Below, one piece after another: positions 16,747 to 25,274 of a stretch of DNA of 52,936 nt. This DNA is from a virus. The stretch lies in the IMG/VR virus record IMGVR_UViG_3300045988_058324. One strand, 5' to 3'. The notes under the pieces are model-generated. The model searched no databases. It worked only from the letters and a program-made list of their open reading frames with translations, and had not been told where the DNA came from. The translations under genes were made by a program, and so were the position numbers. The number at the start of each line of letters is the position of its first letter. Position 1 is the stretch's first letter.

Positions 16747-17544
16747 ATGAGTAGGAGATTATTAAATCTAATAAACAACAGTCAACCAGAACTTCCAGCA
16801 AATAAGAAGTTCTTGGTTGATTTAATGAGTTGTATTGAAAGAAGAGAAAAAGAACATAGGAGAAGAGGTTCCAATTGGTATAAACCATCTTCATTACATT
16901 GTATGAGGAATATGTATTTTACTAGGACAAAAGCTCCACAAGATGAGCAGTTAGTGGAATATAATTCAACAGGTATGGCAGATACTGGTACAAGACGTCA
17001 CGAAGCAATACAGGAAGCTCTATTAGATATGCAGAAAATGGGTTATGATTGGGAATATGTAGATGTAGCTCAATATGTAAAGAAGAAACAGGAATTTGGA
17101 AAATGCAGGACTTTACAAGTAAAGGAAACAGTAGGAGCTGAAACTCACCTTATAGACACAGCTTTGAATATTTCTTTTAGGTGTGATGGCATTATAAGAA
17201 GAATATCAACTAACGAATATTTCTTATTCGAATTTAAAAATGTTGTATCTTTTAAATACGCCCAGCTAGATGGAAAAGCGTTGGAACAGCATCATAATCA
17301 GGTCATATGCTATTGTACTGCACTAGATTTGGATAAAGCCTTTATCACATACGAAAATCGTGATGTATGCACATTGGAAGTTCCTGAAATATTCGAGGTG
17401 ACACAGGATATGAAAGATTGGTTAGTTGGCTATATAGCAGAATGTGAGGGCTATGTTGAGAGAATGATAGCCCCACCAAAGACAAATAACTCAAAGAATT
17501 GCAGATTTTGCCCTTATAAGACTATATGCAGAAAGGTGGGATGA
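16747..17544 (+). CDS. PD-(D/E)XK exonuclease, Cas4/RecB-like with Cys cluster
   Basis: FRCDGII...LFEFKN gives the D...ExK core. One N-terminal Cys (SSLHCMRN) plus C-terminal CRFCPYKTIC matches the Cas4-type 4-Cys arrangement. Confidence 0.7.
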   Translation: MSRRLLNLINNSQPELPANKKFLVDLMSCIERREKEHRRRGSNWYKPSSLHCMRNMYFTRTKAPQDEQLVEYNSTGMADTGTRRHEAIQEALLDMQKMGYDWEYVDVAQYVKKKQEFGKCRTLQVKETVGAETHLIDTALNISFRCDGIIRRISTNEYFLFEFKNVVSFKYAQLDGKALEQHHNQVICYCTALDLDKAFITYENRDVCTLEVPEIFEVTQDMKDWLVGYIAECEGYVERMIAPPKTNNSKNCRFCPYKTICRKVG

Positions 17545-17545
17545 T

Positions 17546-17998
17546 ATGATATACATAGGAATTGACCCTGGAAAAAATGGTGGGATAGCAATGATAGAGG
17601 ACGAGTTTATTATGGTTCGCCCCTTTTCAGAAGAGACTTTAATTAAGGAATTATATGATTATTTCACTTCTTATAAGGCTTGTAGGTGTGTACTAGAACA
17701 CGTTCACGCAATGCCTAAACAGGGAGTATCAAGTACATTTAATTTTGGTATGAATTTTGGCTTCATTCAGGGTGTATTGAAAGCCTACAGCATACCTTAT
17801 GAACTGGTTACTCCACAGAAATGGAAGAAAGAATTTAGTTGTACTAGCGATAAAAATACATCTATAGATGTATGCAAGCGATTATTCCCAACAGTGAACT
17901 TAAAAAAGACAGAAAGATGCAAAAAAGACCACGATGGAATGGCAGAAGCCTTATTAATGGCAGAGTATGGAAGGAGGCATTATAATGGAAATACCTAA
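17546..17998 (+). CDS. RuvC-like Holliday junction resolvase
   Basis: N-terminal IYIGIDPGKNGGIA (catalytic Asp), internal LEHVHAMP, and C-terminal HDGMAEALLMAEY acidic/His motif. Confidence 0.7.
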   Translation: MIYIGIDPGKNGGIAMIEDEFIMVRPFSEETLIKELYDYFTSYKACRCVLEHVHAMPKQGVSSTFNFGMNFGFIQGVLKAYSIPYELVTPQKWKKEFSCTSDKNTSIDVCKRLFPTVNLKKTERCKKDHDGMAEALLMAEYGRRHYNGNT

Positions 17999-18206
17999 GA
18001 GTGTTAAAAATATGCTTAATAAAAGAGAACGCCTTGCTTACGAGTTAAATGAAGTTTGTAGTAAACTTGATGCTTGGTTAGAAGAAAATGGAGCAGACTT
18101 AACAGATAGTAGATTAGTTGACTGCACAATAACTGGGTGTATGATTTATTGTGAACCTAATAATGCTAAATTAGCTGTGGCATCTTATATTGAGGAGGCA
18201 TTATAA
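17985..18206 (+). CDS. Hypothetical protein (73 aa)
   Basis: ATG 17985 after AGGAGG, preferred to the track start 17967. Confidence 0.5.
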   Translation: MEIPKSVKNMLNKRERLAYELNEVCSKLDAWLEENGADLTDSRLVDCTITGCMIYCEPNNAKLAVASYIEEAL

Positions 18207-18769
18207 TGACAAGTCGTAGAGAAGGAATAAAAGTAAATGACGAACAACCAAAAACTGCCGAATCTATAATGCAAAATGTGGATAATATAAGTGATACAAT
18301 CAGAAGAATATCAGACGGACTTGTGAAGAAATACTGTAGTGATTTGGACAACTTTATGCAAGTCACAAGAGACTTAATAACAAGAAATGGTGATATAACA
18401 GATGTACAGTTAGAACAGGCTATTCTTGAATTAGCCAATATCTTATATTTCACAGGCTCAGCTCAGGAAGATTTAGGTATTAAAGAAGACACCTGTAAAG
18501 CCATTAGACAGGAAGTTTATCTGAAAGCTAGGGATAGCGGAAAAGGTACAGTGGCAGATAAGACAGCTAGAGCTGAATTAGCTGCACAAAATGAAACCTT
18601 AACTTTGGCTATATATTCAAGAACCTATAAGAAAGTCAAGTTAAAGGTAGAAGCAGGCTATGAGATGCTTAATAGCCTTAAAAAAATAATGAATAGGAGA
18701 ATATCTGAATTGGAGTTATCCAATAGCAGATATATAGGGAAAAGCAATGGAATACCAGAAAGCAACTAA
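18206..18769 (+). CDS. Hypothetical helical protein; possible recombination mediator by position
   Basis: ORF track with a GAGGAGG RBS. Lies just upstream of the RecA-like gene. No motif, so the function is positional inference only. Confidence 0.4.
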   Translation: MTSRREGIKVNDEQPKTAESIMQNVDNISDTIRRISDGLVKKYCSDLDNFMQVTRDLITRNGDITDVQLEQAILELANILYFTGSAQEDLGIKEDTCKAIRQEVYLKARDSGKGTVADKTARAELAAQNETLTLAIYSRTYKKVKLKVEAGYEMLNSLKKIMNRRISELELSNSRYIGKSNGIPESN

Positions 18770-18959
18770 AGGAAAAAATTATATGGGATTGAACAATAAA
18801 ATATGCAAGAATCCCAGATATTGGTGCAGATGTCATCAGGTTTATTTATCAGAGGAAGACGTGCAGCGAAAACACTGTAAAGCTAGATTATCCTTCGATA
18901 TGATAGGTAGGGAAAGATGTCATCACTTAAAAGAATTAGGAGGGAATAAGGATGAGTGA
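18747..18959 (+). CDS. Small Cys/His-rich protein
   Basis: ORF track. An alternative ATG at 18783 would avoid overlap. Contains CKNPRYWCRCH...HCK...CHH. Confidence 0.45.
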   Translation: MEYQKATKGKNYMGLNNKICKNPRYWCRCHQVYLSEEDVQRKHCKARLSFDMIGRERCHHLKELGGNKDE

Positions 18960-19962
18960 AGTTGAGAACATTATTAAGAACATAAATAAAAAGATGAAGG
19001 TCGGGAGCATTCAGTTAGGAGTTGAATTTAAGGAATTAGATAAAATTCCTTTTTCATCCTGCCGTCTTAATTATATGACCTATGGTGGAATACCAGTGGG
19101 CAGGGTTTCCGAGTTTTTCGGGGCTGATGGAAGTGGTAAGACAACAACAGCTGAAGATTTAGCAGGACAAGCACAAAGAAAGTTCCCTGACAAAAAAGTG
19201 TTATTCGTTGATATAGAACACACTTTTGACTCTGTATGGGCTACAAAGCTAGGGGTAGACTGTGAAGAATTAATTTATTTAGACCCTGATTCAATGGGAG
19301 CTGAAGAAGTATTCAACCTTATAATTGATATAATAGATACAGGTGAGATTAGTCTATGTATATTAGATTCAATCGGTGCTATGGTATCAATGCAGGCAAA
19401 TGAGAAGCAGATAGGGGAAAGAACCTATGGTGGAGTAAGTATGGCACTTACAGAGTTCAGTCGGAAGATTACTCCTATTCTAGCCAGAACTAAAACTACA
19501 TTCATAGGGATTAATCAAGTCAGGGACGATATGAACAGCCCATACGGTGGTACAACGACCACTGGCGGTAAATGTTGGCGTCATAGTTGTAGCACAAGAT
19601 TAGAGTTCAGGAAAGGCTACTATATTGATGAAAAAGGTAACAAGCTATCCAGAGCTTGCGAGAATCCAGCTGGAAATATTGTAGATGTTGCTTTGGTAAA
19701 ATCTAAGGTTGATAGACCTGATAGAAAAGTAGGCTTTTATACATTGAAATATTTGGAAGGTGTAGATTATATTTCAGATGCGATTGATGTTGCAATAAAG
19801 TTGGGATTAATAGAACAGGCAGGAGCTTGGTTCTCCTTAATTGATATAGATACAGGCGAAGTACTAGAAAAGGTTCAGGGTAAGCCTAAAATGATTGAAT
19901 ATCTCAAGAGTAACCCTGTTCAATATGAACGATTGGAAAAGGCTATACAAAGTCAATTATAA
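18952..19962 (+). CDS. recA: RecA-family recombinase
   Basis: GGIPVGRVSEFFGADGSGKTT (Walker A in RecA context), ILDSIGAM (Walker B), INQVRDDM...GG loop pattern. Confidence 0.8.
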   Translation: MSEVENIIKNINKKMKVGSIQLGVEFKELDKIPFSSCRLNYMTYGGIPVGRVSEFFGADGSGKTTTAEDLAGQAQRKFPDKKVLFVDIEHTFDSVWATKLGVDCEELIYLDPDSMGAEEVFNLIIDIIDTGEISLCILDSIGAMVSMQANEKQIGERTYGGVSMALTEFSRKITPILARTKTTFIGINQVRDDMNSPYGGTTTTGGKCWRHSCSTRLEFRKGYYIDEKGNKLSRACENPAGNIVDVALVKSKVDRPDRKVGFYTLKYLEGVDYISDAIDVAIKLGLIEQAGAWFSLIDIDTGEVLEKVQGKPKMIEYLKSNPVQYERLEKAIQSQL

Positions 19963-19969
19963 CAGCAAG

Positions 19970-20003
19970 AATCTGTAACTCCGAAAAAGTTACAGATTTT
20001 TTA
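19970..20003 (+). terminator. Rho-independent terminator
   Basis: AATCTGTAACT-CCGAAAA-AGTTACAGATT (11-bp perfect stem) followed by TTTTT. Confidence 0.85.
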
Positions 20004-20022
20004 ATTTTTTTAAATTTGTCTA

Positions 20023-20051
20023 TTTACATATGTATTACAATATGTTATACT
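20023..20051 (+). promoter_or_regulatory. Sigma-70-type promoter with extended -10 (conserved cassette, subfamily ii)
   Basis: TTTACA (20023-20028), 17 bp, TGT-TATACT (20046-20051). Confidence 0.65.
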
Positions 20052-20096
20052 GTATTCAGAAGTTAAAGAAAACAAAGATAAATAAAGGAGGAAACA

Positions 20097-20261
20097 ATGA
20101 AGAATTTAATCATCACATTTTTATTATTAGTAATATTGAATATACTTCCAGGGTGGCAGGTACAAGGTGTCAATCGTGTACTTGTAAATATAAGTCTATT
20201 TATATTAGTTGATTATACCATTGTAGAATTAGATAGAATAATTAAATATGGAAGGAGATAG
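20097..20261 (+). CDS. Small membrane protein (54 aa), missed by the ORF track
   Basis: ATG after AAAGGAGG. MKNLIITFLLLVILNILPGW... is hydrophobic. Replaces the track ORF 20030..20212, which starts inside the promoter. Confidence 0.5.
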   Translation: MKNLIITFLLLVILNILPGWQVQGVNRVLVNISLFILVDYTIVELDRIIKYGRR

Positions 20262-20266
20262 AACTC

Positions 20267-20641
20267 GTGATAGATATATTTAATAAGATTCGTAGATTTT
20301 CCAACGATATGCAATTTGAAGAGGGTAAGCCTTTCGAGATTGTTTTAGACGGAAAAGAAGATAAAAATTCCAGTTATAAAAAAGAAAAAATGGAAGAAGG
20401 TAAATGTTATAGCATTAAGGTCAAGAAGTATATGACAGAACCCGCCACTACTACCTTTGATTTTCAAGATAAATGGAACAACGGATTCCCAATGCCTTCA
20501 CATAAGATGTGGGGGTGGGTGACTAAGGAAACAAGAGGTATGTACTATATGACATTAGAAGATGATGATAACAAGTGGTCAGGCTGGGTTATTAAGTCAG
20601 CAATTAAAGAATGGAAGGAGATAAAAGATGGAAGAAAATAG
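20267..20641 (+). CDS. Hypothetical protein (124 aa)
   Basis: GTG start 9 nt after GGAAGGAG. ORF track. Confidence 0.55.
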   Translation: MIDIFNKIRRFSNDMQFEEGKPFEIVLDGKEDKNSSYKKEKMEEGKCYSIKVKKYMTEPATTTFDFQDKWNNGFPMPSHKMWGWVTKETRGMYYMTLEDDDNKWSGWVIKSAIKEWKEIKDGRK

Positions 20642-20903
20642 ACTAACAGCTGAATATGTGGGAGAAGTGATTAGTGAAACACAAACCAAATACGAAAAAG
20701 AAAGAGAATGTACAGATAAGATTGTACAACTAGCTAGGGAAATAGTGAACACGTATTTAGAATATAACCCTGAAGGCAACTACCTGGATATATGTTTTTT
20801 AGGCGAAGGAAAGACTGAAGTTCCAATAGTAAACATAAATAATAATTATTGGGAAGATTCGTTGAAGATAAAACATACTGAGGTGATTCATTATGGTAAC
20901 TAG
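20628..20903 (+). CDS. Hypothetical protein (91 aa)
   Basis: ORF track, with AGGAG upstream of the ATG. Confidence 0.55.
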   Translation: MEENRLTAEYVGEVISETQTKYEKERECTDKIVQLAREIVNTYLEYNPEGNYLDICFLGEGKTEVPIVNINNNYWEDSLKIKHTEVIHYGN

Positions 20904-21228
20904 AAATTTCAGTGATATGCAGGAACAGCATATAGCAAGAGTTACAGGTGGCAAGACACAGAGTAATTCAGGCGGAACAAGATTTGGAGGTGGAGATGTA
21001 CATACAGAACATTTCTTCATAGAAGCAAAAACACCAACAACGAAAAAGTCATCTTTTTCAATTAAAAATGAGTGGCTTACCAAAATGCAGGAACAAGCAT
21101 TTGAACAGGGAAAGGAAGAAAGTGTGTTAGCTTTCAGGTTTGACCCTGATGCACACGAGGATTTCTATGTGTTATCAGAGAGGCAATTCATTGATTATTT
21201 AGATTATAAGGAGAAGCAATATGGGTAA
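20893..21228 (+). CDS. Putative PD-(D/E)XK-fold nuclease (resolvase-like)
   Basis: GGGDVHTEHFFIEAKT gives a D-x(n)-E-x-K arrangement. Small size and recombination-module context. Confidence 0.45.
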   Translation: MVTRNFSDMQEQHIARVTGGKTQSNSGGTRFGGGDVHTEHFFIEAKTPTTKKSSFSIKNEWLTKMQEQAFEQGKEESVLAFRFDPDAHEDFYVLSERQFIDYLDYKEKQYG

Positions 21229-21403
21229 TCGGATTACTAGACCAGATTGTCCTTGCAGAAGCTGTACAGAGAGATTCGTTGGATGTCACAGTATATGCGA
21301 GGACTACGCAGATTATAAGGATAAAGCAACTAGATACAACGAAGTTATAAAGAAAAGGTCACTATATTATTATATGGACCACAAGAAAGGAAGTGAATAT
21401 TAA
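21221..21403 (+). CDS. Small Cys-rich (zinc-binding?) protein
   Basis: CPCRSCTERFVGCHSIC pattern. ORF track. Confidence 0.5.
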   Translation: MGNRITRPDCPCRSCTERFVGCHSICEDYADYKDKATRYNEVIKKRSLYYYMDHKKGSEY

Positions 21404-22422
21404 TGGCAAAGACAAGTTTAGCAGTTAAATATAGACCCCAGACTTTCGATGATATGACAGAACAAAAATCAATAAAAGATATATTAGAAAATCAAATTAA
21501 AACAAAAACATTTCAGCACGGATACCTATTTACTGGTCCCGCAGGAACAGGAAAAACTACAAGTGCCAGAATCTTTGCAACAATGATTAATGAGGGAAAA
21601 GGAACACCTATAGAAGTGGACGCAGCCTCTAACAGTGGTGTGGACAATATTAGACAGATTATAGAAGATGCGAAAAAACACCCTCTAGATGCTGAATATA
21701 AAATATACATAGTAGACGAATGTCATTCATTATCTAATGGAGCGTGGCAGGCATTGCTTAAAACATTGGAAGAGCCACCTAAATTTACTATATTTATTTT
21801 ATGTACAACAGACCCACAGAAGATTCCAGATACAATCCTATCAAGAGTTCAGAGGTATCAATTCCAGAAGATAAGTGATGACGGAATAGTTTATAGGTTA
21901 GCACACATCTGTCAAGAAGAAGGAATACACACCTATGGAGAGTGTTTATCTTACATCGCTAAAATTGCGAACGGTGGAATGAGAGACGCCATTACTCTAT
22001 TAGACAAGTGCAGTTCCCTTTGTGACGAATTAACTTTAGAAAATGTTCTTAATATTATAGGGACAGAGAATTTTGAAACATTCTTTGATTTTCTTGATGA
22101 TTTAGTGGCGAAAAAAAGTAAATGTATACATATTATTGATGATGCCTATAGACAAGGAAAAGATGTTAAGCAATTAATGAAAGAATTCGCTAAATTCTTA
22201 TTAGATGTACAGAGATACATCATATATAAGGATTTTAAGTACGTCACCATTCCCGAAACAGAGGATAATAAGGCGATGATGGACTACCTATATATGAATA
22301 AAGTGTCAATTATGGAAATTATTGAATTAGTGGTTGATATTAATAATCAAGTTAAATGGGATAGCGACCCTAAGACCTTAATTGACTTGAATTTACTTAT
22401 ATTCTGCAATAAGGAGGATTAA
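21403..22422 (+). CDS. dnaX: Clamp-loader ATPase, DnaX (tau/gamma) N-terminal homolog
   Basis: KYRPQTFDDM, HGYLFTGPAGTGKTT, VDAASNSGVDNIRQI, IYIVDECHSLS, ALLKTLEEPP, ILSRVQRYQF. This is the canonical DnaX motif series. Confidence 0.88.
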   Translation: MAKTSLAVKYRPQTFDDMTEQKSIKDILENQIKTKTFQHGYLFTGPAGTGKTTSARIFATMINEGKGTPIEVDAASNSGVDNIRQIIEDAKKHPLDAEYKIYIVDECHSLSNGAWQALLKTLEEPPKFTIFILCTTDPQKIPDTILSRVQRYQFQKISDDGIVYRLAHICQEEGIHTYGECLSYIAKIANGGMRDAITLLDKCSSLCDELTLENVLNIIGTENFETFFDFLDDLVAKKSKCIHIIDDAYRQGKDVKQLMKEFAKFLLDVQRYIIYKDFKYVTIPETEDNKAMMDYLYMNKVSIMEIIELVVDINNQVKWDSDPKTLIDLNLLIFCNKED

Positions 22423-22424
22423 AT

Positions 22425-23213
22425 ATGATTGGTCAGAAAAATAATATTCAGACATTGCTATCTTGGCGAATGAATAAAGCTGTACCACGCTTCATAATTT
22501 TATCAGGACCTCGTGGGAGTGGAAGATTAACCCTTGCTAAGTTAATAATGAAATATATTAATGCACAAGGGATAATTCTTGGTAATAGCATAAGTGATGT
22601 TAGACAAGCCATAGAATATGCATACACCAAAAGCGAACCCACTTGCTATATCTTTAGGGATGCTGATGATATGCGACAGGAAGCAAAAAACGCCCTACTT
22701 AAAGTGGTAGAGGAACCACCTAATAAAGCATACTTTATTATGACAGTGCATAATATTGATAATATGCTTGGAACAATTAGAAGTCGTGGAACAGTAATAA
22801 AGATGGAACCTTATTCAGAAGAAGAATTGAGGTCATATTCAGATGATGACTATTTATTGGATTACTGTTCCAACATTGGACAGATGCAGATTGATAAGAA
22901 AGAACTGGAAAAGGTACAGAATTGTGTCTTTGATGTATTAGTAGGTTTACAGGAAAAGTCTGGAACAAAGATATTAAAAGCGTGTACACAGCTACAGAAT
23001 AAGCAGACGGAAACAGATAAGATTGATGGCTTATTATTTATGCGAGTTTTTGAACGTTGTTTAGGTCAAACTGCTAGAGAATTATTTACACCCGCTTGCT
23101 TATCTTATATAAGTAGGTGCAAGCAGGAGATTGACAGAGCATCAATTAATAAAAAGGCAAGTATAGAGTGTATGCTGATTAATATATTGGAGGAGCTTAA
23201 GAATGGGAAATAA
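22425..23213 (+). CDS. holB: Clamp-loader delta'-like subunit
   Basis: IILSGPRGSGRLTLA (degenerate P-loop), ALLKVVEEPP, TIRSRGTV. Lies immediately after the dnaX homolog. Confidence 0.65.
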   Translation: MIGQKNNIQTLLSWRMNKAVPRFIILSGPRGSGRLTLAKLIMKYINAQGIILGNSISDVRQAIEYAYTKSEPTCYIFRDADDMRQEAKNALLKVVEEPPNKAYFIMTVHNIDNMLGTIRSRGTVIKMEPYSEEELRSYSDDDYLLDYCSNIGQMQIDKKELEKVQNCVFDVLVGLQEKSGTKILKACTQLQNKQTETDKIDGLLFMRVFERCLGQTARELFTPACLSYISRCKQEIDRASINKKASIECMLINILEELKNGK

Positions 23214-23463
23214 GGATGATATTACAGAAGCCGTTCACGGATTAGATATATTCACAAAGAACTGGTGTATGAATTGTAAAGAAACAGAGGAAAAGAAAGA
23301 TTTAATTTTTAGGTGTGATGGATGTATATTTGGGTTGGAAGATGATATGTGTGCAATTAAAACATTTGCAAATACACATAAGCATAATTACCCAATGTAT
23401 GATTTCGGTAGTATGGGGGTACAGTCAATATGCAAAAATTTCCAAGAAGATGGGATAAAATAA
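23203..23463 (+). CDS. Small Cys-rich protein
   Basis: CMNCKE...CDGC...C pattern. ORF track. Confidence 0.5.
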   Translation: MGNKDDITEAVHGLDIFTKNWCMNCKETEEKKDLIFRCDGCIFGLEDDMCAIKTFANTHKHNYPMYDFGSMGVQSICKNFQEDGIK

Positions 23464-23780
23464 CGTGTATAAATTTTCTGCAACGAAAAATAATAATTAA
23501 CTGTATTCTATATTATGAACTTAACGAAAATAAGCTATCAGACAAGGAATATGATGAATTAAGCAGACAGTTGGTTGAATTACAGGTAGGTGTTGATGTT
23601 AAAAATGATACTCAATATGGCTATTGTATGTATGATTTTGACGGAAATACAGGATTTGACCTATATAGTAGATTAAATGTTAAGGATAAAACATATCTTA
23701 CGAATATAGCCCGAAATTTAGCTGGAAATAGTACCATAGTTAAACCCAAACTGAAAAAGAAGAAAGGAGGATTATTCTGA
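23430..23780 (+). CDS. Hypothetical protein (116 aa)
   Basis: ORF track. ILYYELNENKLSDKEYDELSRQLVELQ faintly recalls the Ia helix of NAD-dependent ligases, but nothing more. The start is uncertain. Confidence 0.45.
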   Translation: MQKFPRRWDKITCINFLQRKIIINCILYYELNENKLSDKEYDELSRQLVELQVGVDVKNDTQYGYCMYDFDGNTGFDLYSRLNVKDKTYLTNIARNLAGNSTIVKPKLKKKKGGLF

Positions 23781-24730
23781 TGGAATTAGTTGAATTGATG
23801 AATTGTATTAGTAATGATAATATACCCAATTTATTAATCTTATTTGGTGAGGAACAGAGCATATTAGATATATACATTGAGCATATCAAAAAAGCTGGGA
23901 AACCAGTGAGTATTGGGTCAGTGTCACAGGTACTTAATAAGTTAAGAACAAAGTCGCTGGATAAGACGAAAAAGGTGTATATAATCAATGATGATTTAGA
24001 ATTTATGAAGAATGAAAAAGCAAGTGAATCCTTGAAAAGTGCTTTGAAAGGAAAACAGGATATAGTAATACTCCGATACCATAAGATAGATAAGAGAGGT
24101 AAATTCTATAAAGAGAACAAAAAAATCGCCGTAGAATTTACATTTTTATCCGAAAACATATTAATAAACTATATAAGAGAGAAAATCGCGAATATGGGCG
24201 ATTCTGTATGTGAACGTATTATAGAAATGTGTGGTCATTCATATGGTAGAATTCTATTAGAATTGGATAAGATAGAACAGTATATGCACTGCCATAAAGA
24301 ATATAAATCATCACCAGATAAAGCCTTTCAAGTGCTGGATAGTGATGGTGCATTTTATAAGGAAATTGGTGATATTACTTTCCAACTTACAGATGCAGTA
24401 TTATCAGGATTTCCAGATACGGCGATAGAATTATTGGACGAAGCTAAACGAAAGGGAGAATCAGCTTTGATGATTGCATCAATTCTTTATAAAGGGTTCC
24501 GAAATATGTTCGCTTATTTAGCCTTAGGAACAAATAAAAAGGGAGCAATGGAAAGAACAGGAATGACCAAAGGGGACTTATATATCGTTAATAAGAATAT
24601 AGGTGGCTACAATCTAACAGAATGCCAGCGAAATATGCGTGTGTGTCAGAAGGTGGAAACAGGCATAAAAATGGGAAAATTAGATGAAGACATAGCTTTG
24701 GATTATTTAATTTTTAATTGTCTACTTTAA
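23780..24730 (+). CDS. holA: Clamp-loader delta-like subunit
   Basis: 316 aa. N-terminal NLLILFGEEQSILDIYIEHIKK resembles the HolA start. Clamp-loader gene neighbourhood. Confidence 0.55.
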   Translation: MELVELMNCISNDNIPNLLILFGEEQSILDIYIEHIKKAGKPVSIGSVSQVLNKLRTKSLDKTKKVYIINDDLEFMKNEKASESLKSALKGKQDIVILRYHKIDKRGKFYKENKKIAVEFTFLSENILINYIREKIANMGDSVCERIIEMCGHSYGRILLELDKIEQYMHCHKEYKSSPDKAFQVLDSDGAFYKEIGDITFQLTDAVLSGFPDTAIELLDEAKRKGESALMIASILYKGFRNMFAYLALGTNKKGAMERTGMTKGDLYIVNKNIGGYNLTECQRNMRVCQKVETGIKMGKLDEDIALDYLIFNCLL

Positions 24731-24731
24731 A

Positions 24732-24763
24732 TTATTAAGAATTTACTTTATTTTATTAAGAAT
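24732..24763. repeat. Direct repeat TTATTAAGAAT x2, 21 bp apart, just upstream of a promoter
   Basis: 24732-24742 and 24753-24763 are identical. The spacing is two helical turns. Confidence 0.5.
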
Positions 24764-24775
24764 CGCATAAAAAGG

Positions 24776-24804
24776 TTTACTTTTTTGTTTATATGTATTA
24801 CAAT
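24776..24804 (+). promoter_or_regulatory. Sigma-70-type promoter (conserved cassette, subfamily i)
   Basis: TTTACT, 17 bp, TACAAT. The downstream leader ...CAGAAGTTAAAAAACAAGGAAAGTTGAGGTAAACA closely matches the leader at 50-91. Confidence 0.6.
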
Positions 24805-24848
24805 ACAATCAGAAGTTAAAAAACAAGGAAAGTTGAGGTAAACATATT

Positions 24849-25262
24849 ATGAGTAAACCAAGTTACAGACAAGATAATGAGCATTTTCGTTTTTACAATG
24901 CTAACCCAAAGAATAAGTTATCAGCAGGTGATTGTGTAGTAAGAGCTATATCATTTGCTAGTGGGTTAGATTGGGATACAGTATATACAGGCTTATGTGA
25001 AATTGGTATGAAGATGAAAATGATGCCTAATGATAGGAAAGTGTTCGATAAGTATTTAGAGGAAATAGGTTTCGTAAAAAGGAAAACACCTAAAAATGCC
25101 TATGGTTGTAGATACACAGTAGAACAGCTTGCAAGACATAATCCTAATATGCTGGCGATATTGAGTACATCTAATCATTTAACCGCTATAAAGGACGGAA
25201 AAGTAGTAGATACTTGGGATTGTGGTTTCAAGTGTGTAGGAAATTATTGGGTGAAGAGATAA
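24849..25262 (+). CDS. Putative papain-like (Cys-His) hydrolase
   Basis: SAGDCVVRAISFA (candidate nucleophile Cys) and NHLTAIKDGKVVDTWD (His...Asp), in the order expected for papain/NlpC-like folds. Function unverified. Confidence 0.4.
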   Translation: MSKPSYRQDNEHFRFYNANPKNKLSAGDCVVRAISFASGLDWDTVYTGLCEIGMKMKMMPNDRKVFDKYLEEIGFVKRKTPKNAYGCRYTVEQLARHNPNMLAILSTSNHLTAIKDGKVVDTWDCGFKCVGNYWVKR

Positions 25263-25274
25263 GGAGGAAAAAAT

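Noticed and set aside
20030-20212. Track ORF of 60 aa on the + strand
   Set aside because: It starts inside the conserved promoter, upstream of the predicted transcript start. The alternative frame ORF 20097..20261 has a strong AAAGGAGG RBS and a membrane-protein sequence.
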